From NCBI GenBank assembly GCA_951406725.2, contig OX597827.1, forward strand, positions 496,001 to 560,000: a stretch of DNA of 64,000 nucleotides, written 5' to 3'. The notes under the pieces are model-generated. The model worked only from the letters and a program-made list of their open reading frames with translations. It was not told where the DNA came from and did no database searches. The DNA is from Octopus vulgaris. Lineage: Eukaryota. How positions within the stretch are numbered: position 1 is the first letter of the stretch; the number at the start of each line of letters is the position of its first letter. This document shows, in pieces, positions 13,130-26,765 of the stretch. A program made the position numbers and the translations under genes.

Positions 13130-14802
13130 CCCACTTTCTGTAGTCCTACGCAATGTCAACGCGCACCATGCGCTGAGGAAGAATGGACCTCGTCTCAACC
13201 ATCTTCTCTTCATGGATGATTAAAATTTGATTATTTAAAACCTTGGGATCCTAGAGAAATAAAAGACAAGGTCATCACTGCATATTTGAAGCGCCTCAAA
13301 CTTCTCTTGGAATCAAAACTCAACCCAAGGAACCTTACGACTGTCATCAACATATGGGATGTTGCTGTAGTCCGCTATCGTTCACCCATTCTGAAATGGA
13401 TACGAGATTCGTACTACCCGAAAGACGATGACAATGCATGGCGCTCTCCAGCCTCAAATGAATGCACACAGGCTCTACATGAAGAGGTGTAATGGTGGAT
13501 TTGGGCTGATTAGCGTACGGGAGTGCATCAACAGTGGAAGAAGAAGCATGGCAGAATATTTGGTAAACAGCAAACAAGACCTGCTTGTTTGCTACTAATT
13601 CAGAAGGATTTACCAAACAAATATGCTACTAATGCAGAAGGATCTACCAAAAATGGACTTGAGAGTGCTAATGAATTCCGATCGCGAATAGCCAATGAGA
13701 GAGAAGAAGCTCTACTCCACATGGAGTTACATGGTCAGTTCCACCGTAAAACTAACAACTTAAAAGACCAGGTGGCTCAGCAAGGGTGATCTAAAAAAGA
13801 AGACTGAAAGCCTAATCATCGCTGCCCAGGATCAGGCATTGAATACTAACTCAGTGAAAAGGGATATATACCACACAAGTGCCACGAAACTCTGAAGAAT
13901 GTGTGGGAAGAGAGTCGAAAGCGTAACTCACATTGTTAGTGCTTGTGAAAGATTTGCGCAGAAAGAGTAGAAGCGCAGACACGACAAAGTAGCCCAAAAC
14001 CTTCACTGGCTACTGTGCCGGAAGTATGGATACGAGGTAACGGGTGCTTGGTACCAACATACACCGGAAAAAGTAGTAGACGAAAAGGGGAAGGTAAAAA
14101 TCCTCTGTGGCTTTGACTTCCAGACAGACAATGTGCTAGAGCATCGAAGGCCGGATATAGTAACCTTTTGGCGGGATAAACAGTAATAATCCTTTCTACT
14201 GGAAGCACAAGGTATCAGCTTTGGTGGGAAAGGATTAGTCGATTACATTGATCCCAGTACTCAACTGGTACTTAATTTATCGACCTCGAAATGATGAAAG
14301 GCAAAGTCGACTTCGGTGGAATTTGAACTCGGAACGTAAAGGTTGACGAAATGCCGCTAAGCGTTTTGTCCGCCGTGCTAACGGTTCTACCAACTCGACG
14401 CCTTGAGAGTGCCTAATAATCGACGTGGCAGTGCCAGGAGATTAACATATTATCTTGAAAGAAAGAGAAAAGAATGATGAATATGGAAACCTGAGAATTG
14501 AGATCGCCAAGATATGGCAGCTAAGAGAGTCAAACATAAAGGTTGTTTCTATTGTCATCGGAGCATTAGATTTAATACCAGTCAATCTGAAGAAACATCT
14601 TGAAACTTTGGAAATACCATACAATGTAGATGTATTGGAAAAATCGGCATTACTTGGAACTGAACACATACTGCGTAAAGTACGGTCTGTCTGAGGACCT
14701 TGTCGTGGCCTGACAGACAGCACAAACACCTCAGATAGACACAATATCTTCAATCAACAATATCACGACATTGGATACTGTGCAACGACTTAAAATAATA
14801 AT
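13130..14802 (+). mobile_element. Degenerate R4/Dong-like RLE LINE, 5'-truncated, interrupted by a SINE A at about 14190-14404 (-)
   Basis: Reads RLNHLLFMDD, LESKLNPRNL, TESLIIAAQDQAL, CGKRVESVTHIVSAC, RHDKVA, RPDI, LIIDVAVPGD and LEKSALLGTEHILRKV. Short (AAT) tail at 14794. Confidence 0.88.
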
Positions 14803-14814
14803 AAGATTAATAAT

Positions 14815-15015
14815 ACTGGTTTCAAATCTTGGTAGAGGGCCCCAGTAGTTTCTGAGGAGACGGCAAAGTCGATTACTTTGCCCCTGGTACATGGCGAGTA
14901 TATAATTCATCGAACCCGAAAGGATGAAAAACATTCGAACTTAAAATATAAAACCGGGTGGAATGCCGCTAAACATTTTTTCGACGTGCTGACGATTTTG
15001 CCAGCTCACCGCCTC
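14815..15015 (-). mobile_element. Degenerate SINE family A
   Basis: Partial family A motif. Confidence 0.65.
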
Positions 15016-15774
15016 AGTAACAAAAACAAGAAGAAGAAGAAGAAGAAGAAGAAGAAGAAGAAGAAGAAGAAGAAGAAGAAGAACAACAACAACAACAACA
15101 AAATCAACAACAACAACAATAATAATAATGATGATGTTGATAATAATAATGATAATCATATTAATGATGATGATGATGATGATGATAAGGATGTCGAGTG
15201 TATTATTGTTACCAGGCATTAATTCGCCTTGCATTACGTATAATTACACCCATCGCTCCAAAATCTATAATTTAGCTTCATTGATGTTGTATAATAAGGG
15301 GTAAGAATCTTAATGACGACCGTCTGCTTATTGATCCAGATCTCACTTAAGACTCATTTTGCCCGTTTTTAACAATCCATATGTTATTCACTTCTTTACA
15401 TTCTTTTCTTTTTTTAATAAAAAGATGTATTTGTACCAAAACTATTCTTTCCAATATCTATGATGTAATTACTACTAATCAGCGAGGCTTGACTCTAATT
15501 TATGTATTCATAACCCCGTAAAGCCACCAGCGTGTTCTGTAAAATTTGATGATTTGTTATACTCTGTTATGTTATTTAAGCCCAGGCCACAAATTACCAA
15601 GTAGGAATATAATCAAAAGCCTTCCAGCCGTGACCAGTTTGTCTTTTATTTAGACATAGCGAATACCGTAGACTGGAACTCATTATCCAATGTGTCATTC
15701 CGCTTCGTAAGACAGTAGAGCGTATAATGTGAGGGATATTAGACTGCTATATCTGCCACTCGAATTTTTTTTTA

Positions 15775-16115
15775 TATATTGCCGGGTTCCGACCCGGGCA
15801 GCAGCAACAAAGTCCGCCCAGTAAACTTCTCGGTCCAACATCAATGCTCCGAGGTCCTGGATACATTCTAGGTCAGTGTCTGCGATCAAGTTGTCGAGGT
15901 AAATGTGACCATGAAGTATAGGTTTCATAAGTCTAGTTTGGATGCTTCCAGGTCAGTGTGGCACGTAGCGACCAGATAGTCGTTGCCGTCTTTGTCCGAG
16001 TTCCTCGCTAACTTTCGGAAGGTCTCCATAAAGGAATTTGTTTATCATATGTTGCTGTTATTTCACATGTAGAGCCATTCGTAACACACTTGAGTAGCAG
16101 CCATCTAGCCCGTTT
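15775..16115 (-). mobile_element. RTE-like LINE 3' end remnant
   Basis: Minus strand reads LDGCYSSVLRMALHVK..FLYGDLPKVSE..RQRLSG and YLDNLIADTDL..LMLDRE.W, resembling the RTE ORF C-terminus. Confidence 0.65.
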
Positions 16116-16123
16116 GATAATTT

Positions 16124-16358
16124 CTTATTTCTTTATTGCCCACAAGGGGCTACACACAGAGGGGACAAACAAGGACAAACAAACGGATTAAGTCGATTAT
16201 ATCGACGCCAGTATGCTACTGGTACTTATTTAATCGACCCCGAAAGGATGAAAGGCAAAGTCGACCTCGGCGGAATTTGAACTCAGAACGTAGTGGCAGA
16301 CGAAATATTGCTAAGCATTTCGCCCGGCGTGCTAACGTTTCTACCACCTCACCGCCTT
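16124..16358 (-). mobile_element. SINE family A, well preserved
   Basis: Near-exact reverse complement of 21188-21420. Confidence 0.9.
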
Positions 16359-17131
16359 AAATTATCACCGTTTGATAATTTCTTTGTCAGTGTCTATGTT
16401 TCACGGCTATATGATTCGACAGTTGCAATGTAAACGTTGATTCTTTACGATTTGCTTTACAATTTCTTTCTATATTTTTTCTACAAAAAATAATAGGTTG
16501 GCTGTCCAAGACTTGAGATTCGCAGATGCGAAATGCGTATGACTGTTGTTAAAAAGTTTTCTTTAAAAGGTATTAGTCATGTAAGAGGGCATACAATAAC
16601 ACGGGGTTTCATCCCTTCGAGGTTGATGAAGTAAGTACTAGTTGAACACTAGGGTCGATGTAATCGATTTATTCCCATCCTCAAAACTACTGGCCTTGTG
16701 CCAAAATTTGAAAGCAATACAGGCTCCCGGCGTATAGTCTATTACAAGTATCATTCCATGGTGATCTGATACATATAATCGGCAACAATGTGCATTGCAC
16801 TTAACCTATCATCTAATTTAATGCCATCTCAGGGATTTTAAGTGCCTTTATCAAAGTCCGCGCTGTTTGAAGTACTTGGACGAGATTTCAAGGAAGTCAG
16901 CAATCGATAAGGATCAAAACAATGCAAGAAGTTGGAAAAAATCGAATGTTAATACAAATTTCCTTAAAGAGGAGAAAATTACAGCAAAGCGGCGACTGAA
17001 ACACATTTGCGTTGGAAAAGACATGAAATTTCTACACGGATGCATTTTTGTGCAAGTGAGTCTGCAGAAAGTGAATGGGCATTGGCATAAGTGCATACAT
17101 ACATACATACATACATACATACATACATACA

Positions 17132-17163
<32 letters not shown>

Positions 17164-17164
17164 C

Positions 17165-17365
17165 CATTCTTTACGTGGGAACAACACCCATTCTCACCTG
17201 ACCCCTAAACGTTTTCTTCTTTACATCACATATTTTCCTTTCTTTTCTGGTTTCTAATGAAGAACAAGCATCCGAAACGTTAAAGACTCTTTCCCTTTCG
17301 TTTCAAGCGATGTACTTAAAACATCTTTGTTGAATGTTATCAATCTCGTTGTGTTCTTTCATCGT
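17165..17365 (+). mobile_element. Family H1 short hammerhead-type element between (TACA)n and (TCTA)n
   Basis: ttt-CTAATGA-agaacaagcatcc-GAAACGTT-aaag at 17251-17285. Confidence 0.55.
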
Positions 17366-17413
17366 CATGATGAAGATCATCATCATCATCGCCGTCGTCG
17401 TCTGTCCTATCTA

Positions 17414-17505
<92 letters not shown>

Positions 17506-18510
17506 GTCTATCTAACCATGTTAAAATTTTTATGGTGTCAACAACACAGTTCTTGCTGGTAAGAATACAGTTTTTAAAATGTCGAGAGGAATTCAAAGGA
17601 TTGTATTAATACCGAACTAGAATGCCTATCTTGTCTACAACAGATTTGGGTTCGAGCCCCACGGGACGCCTTCGACTTTTTCTATCCGCAGTGGGACTGA
17701 TCCCAGAGCCATGTGGTTGTAAAAAGCACATCTATATGTGTGTTTGTGTATGTGTGTGTGTGTGTGTGTGCGTGTGTGTGTGCGTGTGTGTGTGTGCGTG
17801 TGTGTGTATGTATTTCAACATACCCACAAACGCACTAATCATTGTGCTCATAATTTTAAGTAGTATAACCAGATTTCAGATAACCCTTGTCAGTTATACA
17901 TTGTGTATATACTTTTTAATACACAGCTTTCAGTGTTTAGTTTTCTGATAAACTGGAATTTATGCCTCTTAGAAGTTTTATATCTATCTGACCATTCATA
18001 TATATAACTGACCATTCAATTATCTATCTGACCGAAAGATCTGGAAACGCTGCGTCTGGGAGTCTGACAGAGGGAAAAATTGGGCAGATATGATATTTTT
18101 ACACATTTTAATATAAGAAAGAACATTTTGTCTGCGGTCACTGAAGTGAATTTGCTTTTAAAAGTTGGAATATGATACAAACATATTCTAACACACCTAA
18201 AGTTCACTTATGCCTAAACACTGCTTGGTGCTGATATTGCTGAATTTCTCTCGACCTGGCGACCTAATAGCCCCGTTCAGTCAGTGTGATTGTGTTCTAG
18301 ATAAAACTATAGATTTAAATCTGCCCAGAGTTACCTCTCTTCGGTCTTTCCCATTGATAACATCTAAATGGTTAGAAACGCTGCCTCTGGGAACATTTTT
18401 TACCATAAGAGGGAATTTTTTCTTCACAGTAACTGCAGTGAATTTGTTTCAGAAGTTGAAATATGCAACAAATATATTTCAGATAATCTAAAATTCGTTA
18501 TATATGTATT

Positions 18511-18542
<32 letters not shown>

Positions 18543-18576
18543 TGTATGTATGTATGTATGTATGTATGTATGTATG

Positions 18577-18628
<52 letters not shown>

Positions 18629-18928
18629 TATACAAACACACACATATAAATACTTATTGCTGTCCAACGACCTAACTGTATTCTTTTGTGAACACCTATG
18701 ACCTGAAGATGACACACCTAAAAATATACATCTAATTACAAAGCTCAACATGCATGAATAAATTCTAACAATTAGCACTTCCCCAAATTTAATCAATAAA
18801 AATTCTCCATAACACCTTGCCATCAGAATCTACTATACAACCTAATCATCATTCAACAGAACTCAGCTTACATTAAACAATTCTAACTTAACAAAGGCTT
18901 TATAAGACAAGGTGAGCTTAAGTGAATT

Positions 18929-18973
18929 ATAGTCCAATGATGGCTTATCAGGCCGAAACTTCGAAGTCACTAT
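18929..18973 (+). ncRNA. Type I hammerhead-like motif with a mutated core, inside a (TA)n-flanked insert (about 18650-19080)
   Basis: Stem I atagt/actat; core CCAATGA (vs CUGAUGA); stem II ggctt/aggcc; GAA; palindromic stem III ACTTCGAAGT; GUC triplet. Confidence 0.65.
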
Positions 18974-19123
18974 CAATACTATTCTTGTTAAAAAATAATA
19001 AATTTGTATGGTACCAAACGAATTAGGTAATCCTTCAATCTAATATAAACCTATTTTTATTATAGCTTAAAATCAAACATTAATATATATATATATATAT
19101 ATACACACACACGCATATGTATA

Positions 19124-19160
<37 letters not shown>

Positions 19161-19912
19161 CATATATATAGATACAAATCATGCATACACACACACACAC
19201 ATAAACATACATACACATATCGGCGCATATATGAATGTGAATTTACACATACATGCACATACACATTACATATGCATAAATACACACATATGCATATACA
19301 TACACACTGATGTACATGCACGCTCACGCACGAACACACACATACGCGTGCGGGCGCGTATTTAATAAACCTAAACCTGCAAAGATCAGTGTTACAATTA
19401 GTGTAGTTTCATCTTTCGAATTATGAAATTGCAATGGGAGACTTTTAATAAAATATGGCAAATATAATGTTAGCCAGGAATTGAGAAGGAGAAGAAAGAG
19501 AGAAATACAGGGGGGGGGGGGAAGAAAAGATAGGAGAGAGTGGGTAGGGAGGGAAAGTGTAGAGAGGTATCTACTCCCTTTTTTTTCCTTCTCTTCCTCA
19601 ACCTAAACTAATATTTAATATGCAATATTTTCCCCAAAAAAAGTTACTCATTACCATTTGATAATTCCAAGATTAGCGCTATCGTAATTATAATCTTGCA
19701 TCTTTTTAGCAGCTTAATATATATATACATATATACATACATAAACACACAAATTTGTTCACACACACACAAACATATATGTATATATAGATGCATAAAT
19801 ACACACACACACATGCATATGCTTAATTATACACTGTTAATAATTAGTCTTGTCCGACTTCTGTCCAGTATCAGTACAGAGGATGATTTGAAGTGAAACA
19901 GCTACAATATTC

Positions 19913-19947
<35 letters not shown>

Positions 19948-21187
19948 CGAAAGCAGTAGCAGCAGCAGTAGCAGCAGCAGTAGCAGTAGAGAGCATCATC
20001 AGTGATCAGCCAACAGCGTCTCCTCGTTGTTGTCATAATTACTAATTATCCAATGAGATACATGATGCATGTGTGATGCTGGAATAACGCACAGCTAATT
20101 AAAATTGTAAAGTTGGTTGTGTAGTGGAGTGGATCTGCTGGATTGGCTGTCATCCATAGAATTCATCAACACCAAAACCACCACCACCACCACCACCACC
20201 ACCACTACCACCTACACAGACACCACTGTCGCCAGCACGACACCCACCAGCATCATCGCCCCAACGTCCGTTCACCACCACCACGACGACGACCACCACC
20301 ACGACCACCACGACCACCGCCACCACCGTCACCGTCACTGCTACCACCACCACCACCGCCACCACCACCACCACCACACCACTGCCGCCGCCTTCGCCTT
20401 CGCCGCCGCTACCACCACCACCACCACCACCACCACCACCACCACCACCGAAACCACACCACTGCCGCCGCCGCTACCACCACCACCACCACCATCACCA
20501 CCACCACCACCACCACCACCACCAGCCATGAAAATGAAATATTGAAACATTAATTTAATTACAAGCCAAATAAAACTAATGAGATTTATACAACAGTTGT
20601 GACGTCATTGGGTTGTTGGTTTACATGGGTTCTCGTCGTAGTGTACCTTCAGGCTACTTCCATGCATTCTGGTACCGAGAGTAACTCCTTACTTGCAACA
20701 CTCAACCCATATACAATACATACTCCCATGTACCCCTCCTCACCACACTCACAGCCACATACACGTATGTATGAAAGTATGCATGAATGTATGTATATGC
20801 ATAAATAAATATATGTATAAATGCTTGTATGCATGAATTGTATGTGTGTATATATACACACACACATATACGTATATATGCTTATGGAACTTAAAAAGTT
20901 TACATGGCTATATATATATATATATATAAGTTAAAAAGTTATGTATGTACATGCATATATGTATATATATATATATATATATATAGATGTGTATGTATAT
21001 ATACATATATATATATAACTAAAATTATATATTGCTATGTGAATGGACGCAAACATTTTCCATACAATATGTAGGTGTTGATATAGTCAAATGTTGAAGA
21101 AATTTGCTTCACAAATATGTTGCGCTGGCTTCATTTTCACAAGGAAGCGCTTTGAGCAAGCAAATCATTATACGTCTCACCATCAAA

Positions 21188-21420
21188 GGCGGCGAGGGGC
21201 TGGCAGAACCGTTAGCACGCCGGGCGAAATGCGTAGCCGTATTTCGTCTGCCGTTACGTTCTGAGTTCAAATTCCGCCGAGATCGACTTTGCCTTTCATC
21301 CTTTCGGGGTCGATAAATTAAGTACCAGTTACGCACTGGGGTCGATGTAATCGACTTAATCCGTTTGTCTGTCCTTGTTTGTCCCCTCTATGTTTAGCCC
21401 CTTGTGGGTAATAAAGAAAC
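21188..21420 (+). mobile_element. SINE family A, full length, with apparent duplicated flank (cgtctcaccatcaaa)
   Basis: A-box-like tggcagaaccg and B-box gagttcaaattcc. cgtctcaccatcaaa occurs immediately before (21173-21187) and just after (21426-21440) the SINE. Confidence 0.92.
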
Positions 21421-21589
21421 ATATGCGTCTCACCATCAAAAAGTGTCGAAGGAGATAGGAGTGATGTTTGGAAATAGCAAAAAAAAAAAAGAACACTCAA
21501 TTGAAAACCCCCAGGCGAGAGCTAAAAGCTCCATCAGGATGGAAAAGCATCTAGATGAGACTTGATTGCCGAGTACTGATATAAGAAGC

Positions 21590-21950
21590 TAACCTTCTAC
21601 CGACCGTATCTTATCAACCTGTATCAGCAAGTGCTAGCATACCACACGGGTTAGACAAAACCAGCCAATTGCAAACCAGAACACGGTGTATAAAATATAT
21701 ACCGCATGTTTAAACGTCTTCCTCCAAGACCATTGTGAAAATAATAACATCATCACAGCAGAACAGGGGATGTGCCGAACAACTGTTGATAAATGAAGCT
21801 ATCAGAGTTGCGGGAACACAGGAATGCCTTTGACTCTGTCCCCCACTCATAGATGTTAGAAGCCCTTTGACTTGCTAAAGTTCATAGTAAACATTGAGTT
21901 GATTCGAAGATTACTGATTCAATCCATCACTGGAACTAAAAATCTATAAA
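21590..21950 (+). mobile_element. RLE-LINE (R4-like) reverse transcriptase fragment
   Basis: Reads NTVYKIYTACL..HCENNNIITAEQG..CAEQLLIN..NAFDSVPH, across frameshifts. Confidence 0.7.
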
Positions 21951-22072
21951 ACTTTCCAGACGTTTATCATTTAAGTATATATGAGCATGTCTAGATATGC
22001 AACTATACGCATGAGAATACATACATAAGAAAAAAACCTACAAATCTGCACACATATATGCATATAAATCTG

Positions 22073-22126
<54 letters not shown>

Positions 22127-23277
22127 CATACATACATACATACATACATACATACAAACAAAAATACCCTGTTGTTGATGTTGAAATTTCAATGAAAGAT
22201 CCTTGGATCTAGGTTAGAAACCGACTCTTCCTCTATTGACAAGAAATAAAACTGAATAATGAAATACATACATACGCACATACAAACATACAAACATACA
22301 TGCATGCATGCATACATACATACATACATACATACATACATACATACATGCATACATGCATGCATACATACATACAGACATACAGACATACATGCATACA
22401 TACATACATACATGCATGCATACATACATACATACATGCATGCATACATACATACATACATGCATGCATACATACACACATACATAAATAAAACTGAACA
22501 ATGACATACATGCAGCTAACATGCACATACAAATACAACCTGTAAGCGGAACTGTGAAAATATGCAAGACTTTTCTCATGTTCACTTTGGGACGTTTTGT
22601 TATTTACATTCCAGCGTTGGTGCTTTGTATCTCTTAGAAAGCAGCCCCTTCTTTCAAGGAAGATTTCAAATAATTAAGAACAAGAGAACATACATGCATA
22701 CATACGTAAATACATATAAACATGTTGGCCATCAATTAATTAAGCAGTATTTAATTATCTTCGTTAAGTTAGTTGAAGAATTGGGAGATTACAAGGATTT
22801 GAGGTTAAAGCGTTAATAAGCTTTCGTTTGATCGCCCCAAGTCCTAAAGAGGTGGTTCGTAGATAGATGTTGTATTTCGTTGTTGCGATAGTTATTATTA
22901 TTTGTTGTTCAGCCTTCAGCCACAAATCAATCTTGATTGAACAGACTTGTGATCAAAAGCACTGAAGCTCTTTTATTCATACGTAACGTATCTAGGATTA
23001 CAATAAGCAATATATCCTTTCAGTTTTAGACAATAGAGCGTGATTTGATGCAGTTGTAGCTGCTATTTCTAGAAGGTGGGACAACCGCGCAGAGGCGCCT
23101 TTTATGAAATAACCGCAACCCCAACCCTATCCCTAATATTCTTGAGAACCCCTGTCTAAGAGGAAGAGACTCAATCAGTTAGATTTTCTCTAGATACGTG
23201 ACATGGGCACAGAAATCTCCTATGATGCCCCAATCACTCAATGACTTATGGCACGCCAATCAATTTCCTGATTGTAT

Positions 23278-24624
23278 GGTAGCGAGTTGGTGGAATTGTT
23301 AGCGCGTCGGACAAAATGTCCAGTGACATATCTTCCTGGCTCTGAGTTCAAATCCCACCGAGATCAACTTTAATTTTCATCCCTTTCGAGGTTTATGAAA
23401 TAAAGTACCAGTCAAATACTGGAGTCGATGTTGTCCACTTGTTCTCTCCCATCAAAAATTGCTGGCTTTGAAACTGGTTTTGATTCCCGGTTCAAGAGCA
23501 ATGTTGCGATCTCGGTCATTTATTCTCCATAGAAAGCGGATAACCGATCTTATGAATTCTAAGGCTCAGGGAAAAAAAAAGAAGATGAATGGGTTTATAT
23601 GTCTTCGTATAATCTTGTATGTATGTTCGCCAAGATGTGTATGTGAGTGTATTACGTCGTTCTGCATGCTTGTATGCATTTGTATTTATATGTATGGGTG
23701 TATGTTTTTTGTGTATTCTTGCATGAAAGTGTATGAAAATGAATGTATGTGCGTAATATGTGTGTATGTTAGTATACACGTGTTCATGAATGAGCTTAGT
23801 ACTGATCTGCCCTTCCTCTTGTGGTGTTAATATTTATGAAAGGCGCTGAGCTGGGAGAATCGTTAGCGCGCCGGGCGAAATTTTGAGCAGTTTTTCGCCT
23901 GTCTTTATGTTCTGAGTTCAAATGCTGTCGAGGTAGGTTGACTTTGTCTTTCATATTTTCGGGGTCGATAAAGAAAGTACCAGTTAAGCGCTGTGGCCAA
24001 TGTAATCGATTTACTCTCCCCCACCTCAAATTACTGGCATTGTGCCAAAATTTGAAACCAGATGTAAAGGCGGCGAACTGGCAGAATGGTTACCATACCG
24101 GACCAAATGTTTAGCGGCATTTCGTCTGTTTTTACGTTCTAAATTCAAATTCCATCAAAGTCCACTTCCACTTTCATCCTTTCGGGGTCGATGAACTAAG
24201 TACCTGTTGAGCACTGGGATGTATTCGACTAACCCACTCACCCGAAATTGCTGACGTCGTGCCAGAATTAGGAACGAATATTTATGTGTATGTATGTATG
24301 CACATACATGTATGTATATGTATATTAGTATATGCATGTGTATATGTATGCACATTTCAATGCTTGTGTATGTATGTATGCATGCATGTATATATATTTC
24401 TTTATTGCCCACAAGGGGTTAAACATAGAGGGGACAAACAAGGTCAGACAAAGGGATTAAATCGATTACATCGATCCCAGTGTGTAACTGGTACTTTATT
24501 TATCGACCCCGAAAGGATGAAAGGCAAAGTCGACCTCGGCGGAATTTGAACTCAGAACGTAGCGGCAGGCGAATTACCTCTAAGCATTTCGCCTGGCGCG
24601 CTAACGTTTCTGCCAGCTCGCCGC
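23278..24624. mobile_element. SINE family A copies (23278-23485, 23841-24060 and 24068-24270 +; 24395-24624 -)
   Basis: Family A motif. Confidence 0.85.
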
Positions 24625-25028
24625 ATGTATATATGCATGTCTGTATGTATGCATACATGTACGCATGTATGTATGTATGTATGCAGGTATGTATGTATGT
24701 ATGTATGTATGTATGTATGTATGTATATGGTCTGCGCGTGTGTTTGTAATTTGTATGCGTGTATTTACGGTGCGTGCGTATTTAGATGTATGTTTAGGTA
24801 TATGCATGAATGTGTAAGTATATGCGCAAATATGTATGTGTACATGTATGACTAATGTGCATGTATTCATGCATATAGTGTCTTTGTGTGTGTGTGTATG
24901 TGTGTATGTATGTGTGTGTGTGTATTTGTGTGCGTGCATTTAAGCTTGTGCTCAAATATATGTATTTCTGTGTATGCACGTATGTATGTTATTCACTGTC
25001 AGCATACATGTGTATTAGCATGCATGCC

Positions 25029-25103
<75 letters not shown>

Positions 25104-25699
25104 GTATATATATGTATATATATGTATATTTGTGTTGACGCGTGTATTCATGCATGTGTGTGTATGTTTGTATGTATATGTGTATGTATGTATGTGTGTG
25201 TGTGTATTATTAAATCCAATTGTTGCCTGCAAAAATCTAATTAAATGAAAGCTTACTCTGATCCTTTCCATGAAATATGACCAAAAGTCATTAACATAAG
25301 TAGCTAATTGCCACGCAAATGCAATTAGTAGCCTCAGGTAATTTGTCTATTCTAATTTATTCTAGTTTTAATTCTTTTATGCAGGGTTACACCACCACCA
25401 CCACCACCGCCACCACCACCGCCACCAACGCCGCCGCTTCCGTCGCCGCAAACACAACCACCACCACCACCGCGTCGTCGTCGCCGCCGCCGAAGTTAAA
25501 ATGATAGATTTGTGCACTGACCATTTGAAAGCCATCCTGTCACACAAAGTTAATTAAAAATTTTTTGCTGACCCATTCTCCCTTGTTGCAGGATAGGTAC
25601 CATGCAGAGGCAACAAATTCAGTTTACTGTTGTTATTGATACAAGACGGCAACAGCAATGTAACGAACATCTGCTAGAAATAACAGAGAATAATATCCT

Positions 25700-26765
25700 C
25701 AAATCACATCCATCCATGCATCGTCCCATCCCACTTCTGTGTTCACTATTCCTGGGACGATCGTTGGAATAAAGTCTTCAGGCACCTCCTCCATAGGGGC
25801 CTATCAGAAACTAGCGTCATTAGACTTTGCTGCTGCATTCCCAATCATAACCAGCAGAGACAATGGATATTATCCAACCAACTCACTGTTTGAAAAGAAT
25901 TGTGGAAAACGAACTCAGTTCGAAGGCTTCTGACGCTGCAAAACATCTCGAAGTTAGTCCAAGAACGTGTGTTACATGTCTGCATAAGCTTGGGTATTAT
26001 GGACGAGCAGCTGGAAGAAAGCCTCTCCTTCAACCAATTAATGTCATGAAAAGAAATAAATGGGTTAAGGAGATGTCAGAAAAATCCAGTTCATTTTGGG
26101 ATAGAGTGATTTCCTCAGATGAATCCAGAGCTTATTTTCAGACAGTGGACGTGTCTGGGTCTGGAGGCTTCCCAATCAAGAATTTGATTTGAAACGACTC
26201 TAACCAACCATGAAACATGGCAGTATCTCTGTAATGGTATGGGGAGCTGTCACCAGCAATGGTTGTTCTGAGCTGATCGAATGTGTTGGAACCATAAACT
26301 CTGAAAAATACATCGAATTACTTAAGCAAGGACTACTTTCGATGTATTCACGCAATGACATAACGAAAAATGAGTTTTTATTCATGGAAGATGGAATCAA
26401 CAATGGCTGACTGAAAATAGGATCACAAGACTTCCTCGGCCGAGCCAATCTCCTGACAAGAACCCAACTGAAAATCTTTGGAGCATACTAGATAGAGCTA
26501 AACGAAAAACTCGACAGAAACCTAAATCTAAAGATATTTCGATTGTTGCGTGAAAAGTGGGCAGAAATTTCACAAGAGACAATCACTAAGCTCATCAGTT
26601 CAAAGCCAAAAAGAGTTTCTGAATTAAAAACTGCAAAGGGAATGTCAACTAATTACTAAAGTATGGAGTCCTACCTATCGATTACATTTCAATTGATCGC
26701 TGTGCGTATTAAATAAAAGATTTTGAAAATTAAAGGTGTCTATTTACTTCCTGCATGTCTGTGTA
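25700..26765 (+). mobile_element. Degenerate Tc1-like transposon (transposase pseudogene and 3' end)
   Basis: Reads RKPLL..KRNKW..WDRVISSDESR, MKHG..SVMVWGA, FMEDG and PSQSPDKNPTENLW. Ends in ...gtctgtg followed by TA. Confidence 0.85.

Noticed and set aside
20117-20553. His/Pro/Thr-rich ORFs suggesting a transcription-factor exon
   Set aside because: Built from (CAC)n/(CGC)n repeats open in several frames, with no domain or convincing splice signals. An exon cannot be excluded without RNA-seq.
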